Source: a virus (Duplodnaviria > Caudoviricetes). Taken from it: a stretch of 64,000 nt of DNA. The translations under genes were made by a program, and so were the position numbers. The stretch's first letter is position 1. Each line of letters opens with the position of its first letter. Of this stretch, positions 63,713-64,000 are shown one piece after another. The notes under the pieces are model-generated. The model had not been told where the DNA came from, did not search any database, and saw nothing but the letters and a program-made list of their open reading frames with translations. The stretch lies in the IMG/VR virus record IMGVR_UViG_3300023174_000037; one strand, 5' to 3'.

Positions 63713-64000
63713 TTAAAGTATTACTGCAATGATAGTTTTTTCGCCATCGTCAAGATTGGTTTCAAGAGCCTTGGCAAAAACAGCCTGTCCATACAGTCGG
63801 CTACGTCCAACACTTTGAGCATATCCTGCAACGGAACTGGTGACCAGACCGTCTCCTTTGGTCACAGCGCCAATCAACTTGACCGGAACACGACCACGCA
63901 GGGCTACTGGCAATCCGGCCTGTCCTGAATTCATCAAATGTGCTGGATTGGTAGATATTGCTCCAGCCACTCGTTCGTCTGCTACTTCGGTGCTGATTGT
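63713..64000 (-). CDS. C-terminus of a tail protein with an intramolecular-chaperone-like domain (5' end outside window)
   Basis: VALRGRVPVKLIGAVTKGDGLVTS pattern typical of tail-fibre C-terminal chaperone domains. Confidence 0.7.
   Translation of the reverse strand, partial: TISTEVADERVAGAISTNPAHLMNSGQAGLPVALRGRVPVKLIGAVTKGDGLVTSSVAGYAQSVGRSRLYGQAVFAKALETNLDDGEKTIIAVIL

Noticed and set aside
475-63928. Numerous plus-strand and alternate-frame ORFs of 60-190 aa in the track
   Set aside because: They are shadows of well-supported genes with no motifs or RBS; only the spanin-embedded lipoprotein was kept.
1-64000. CRISPR array, tRNAs, integrase, transposase, reverse transcriptase or stop-codon recoding
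   Set aside because: No repeat-spacer array, cloverleaf or relevant motifs were seen, and long ORFs tile the window in the standard code.

Overview
This is a gene-dense 64 kb segment of a large lytic dsDNA tailed phage with T4-related organisation. It uses the standard genetic code and almost all genes are on the minus strand. Spanins, lipoproteins and sigma70-type promoters point to a Gram-negative host. No tRNA, rRNA, CRISPR array, integrase or transposase was seen. Left to right: (i) 1-9.6 kb, a 7-deazaguanine-type base-modification locus (TGT/DpdA-like enzyme, QueD-like, FolE) interleaved with a GT-B glycosyltransferase, GalE, radical SAM, SGNH and DegT genes and followed by an MBD4-like glycosylase; (ii) 9.6-14.3 kb, the replication core (sliding clamp, methyltransferase, family B polymerase, DsbA-like); (iii) 14.3-16.7 kb, an AT-rich island; (iv) 16.8-33.6 kb, a unit that begins after a terminator with its own TAAATA promoter, encodes modular proteins up to 2072 aa, and is followed by a micro-ORF and a candidate structured RNA; (v) 33.6-46 kb, GT-A, nucleotidyltransferase, ClpA, DnaJ, a lysis cassette and an APS-kinase fusion; (vi) 46-56 kb, PhoH, radical SAM/2OG genes, clamp loader, MazG, GroES and a truncated DnaE; (vii) 56-64 kb, tail/baseplate genes. 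The strongest candidate for an undescribed system is (iv). Its proteins carry T4 capsid-targeting-like N-termini and look like strings of effector modules joined at hydrophobic-x-Glu sites, suggesting a protease-processed, virion-packaged cargo library. The second candidate is the possibly glycosylated deazaguanine modification in (i). All family calls come from motif recognition by eye; no database searches were run.
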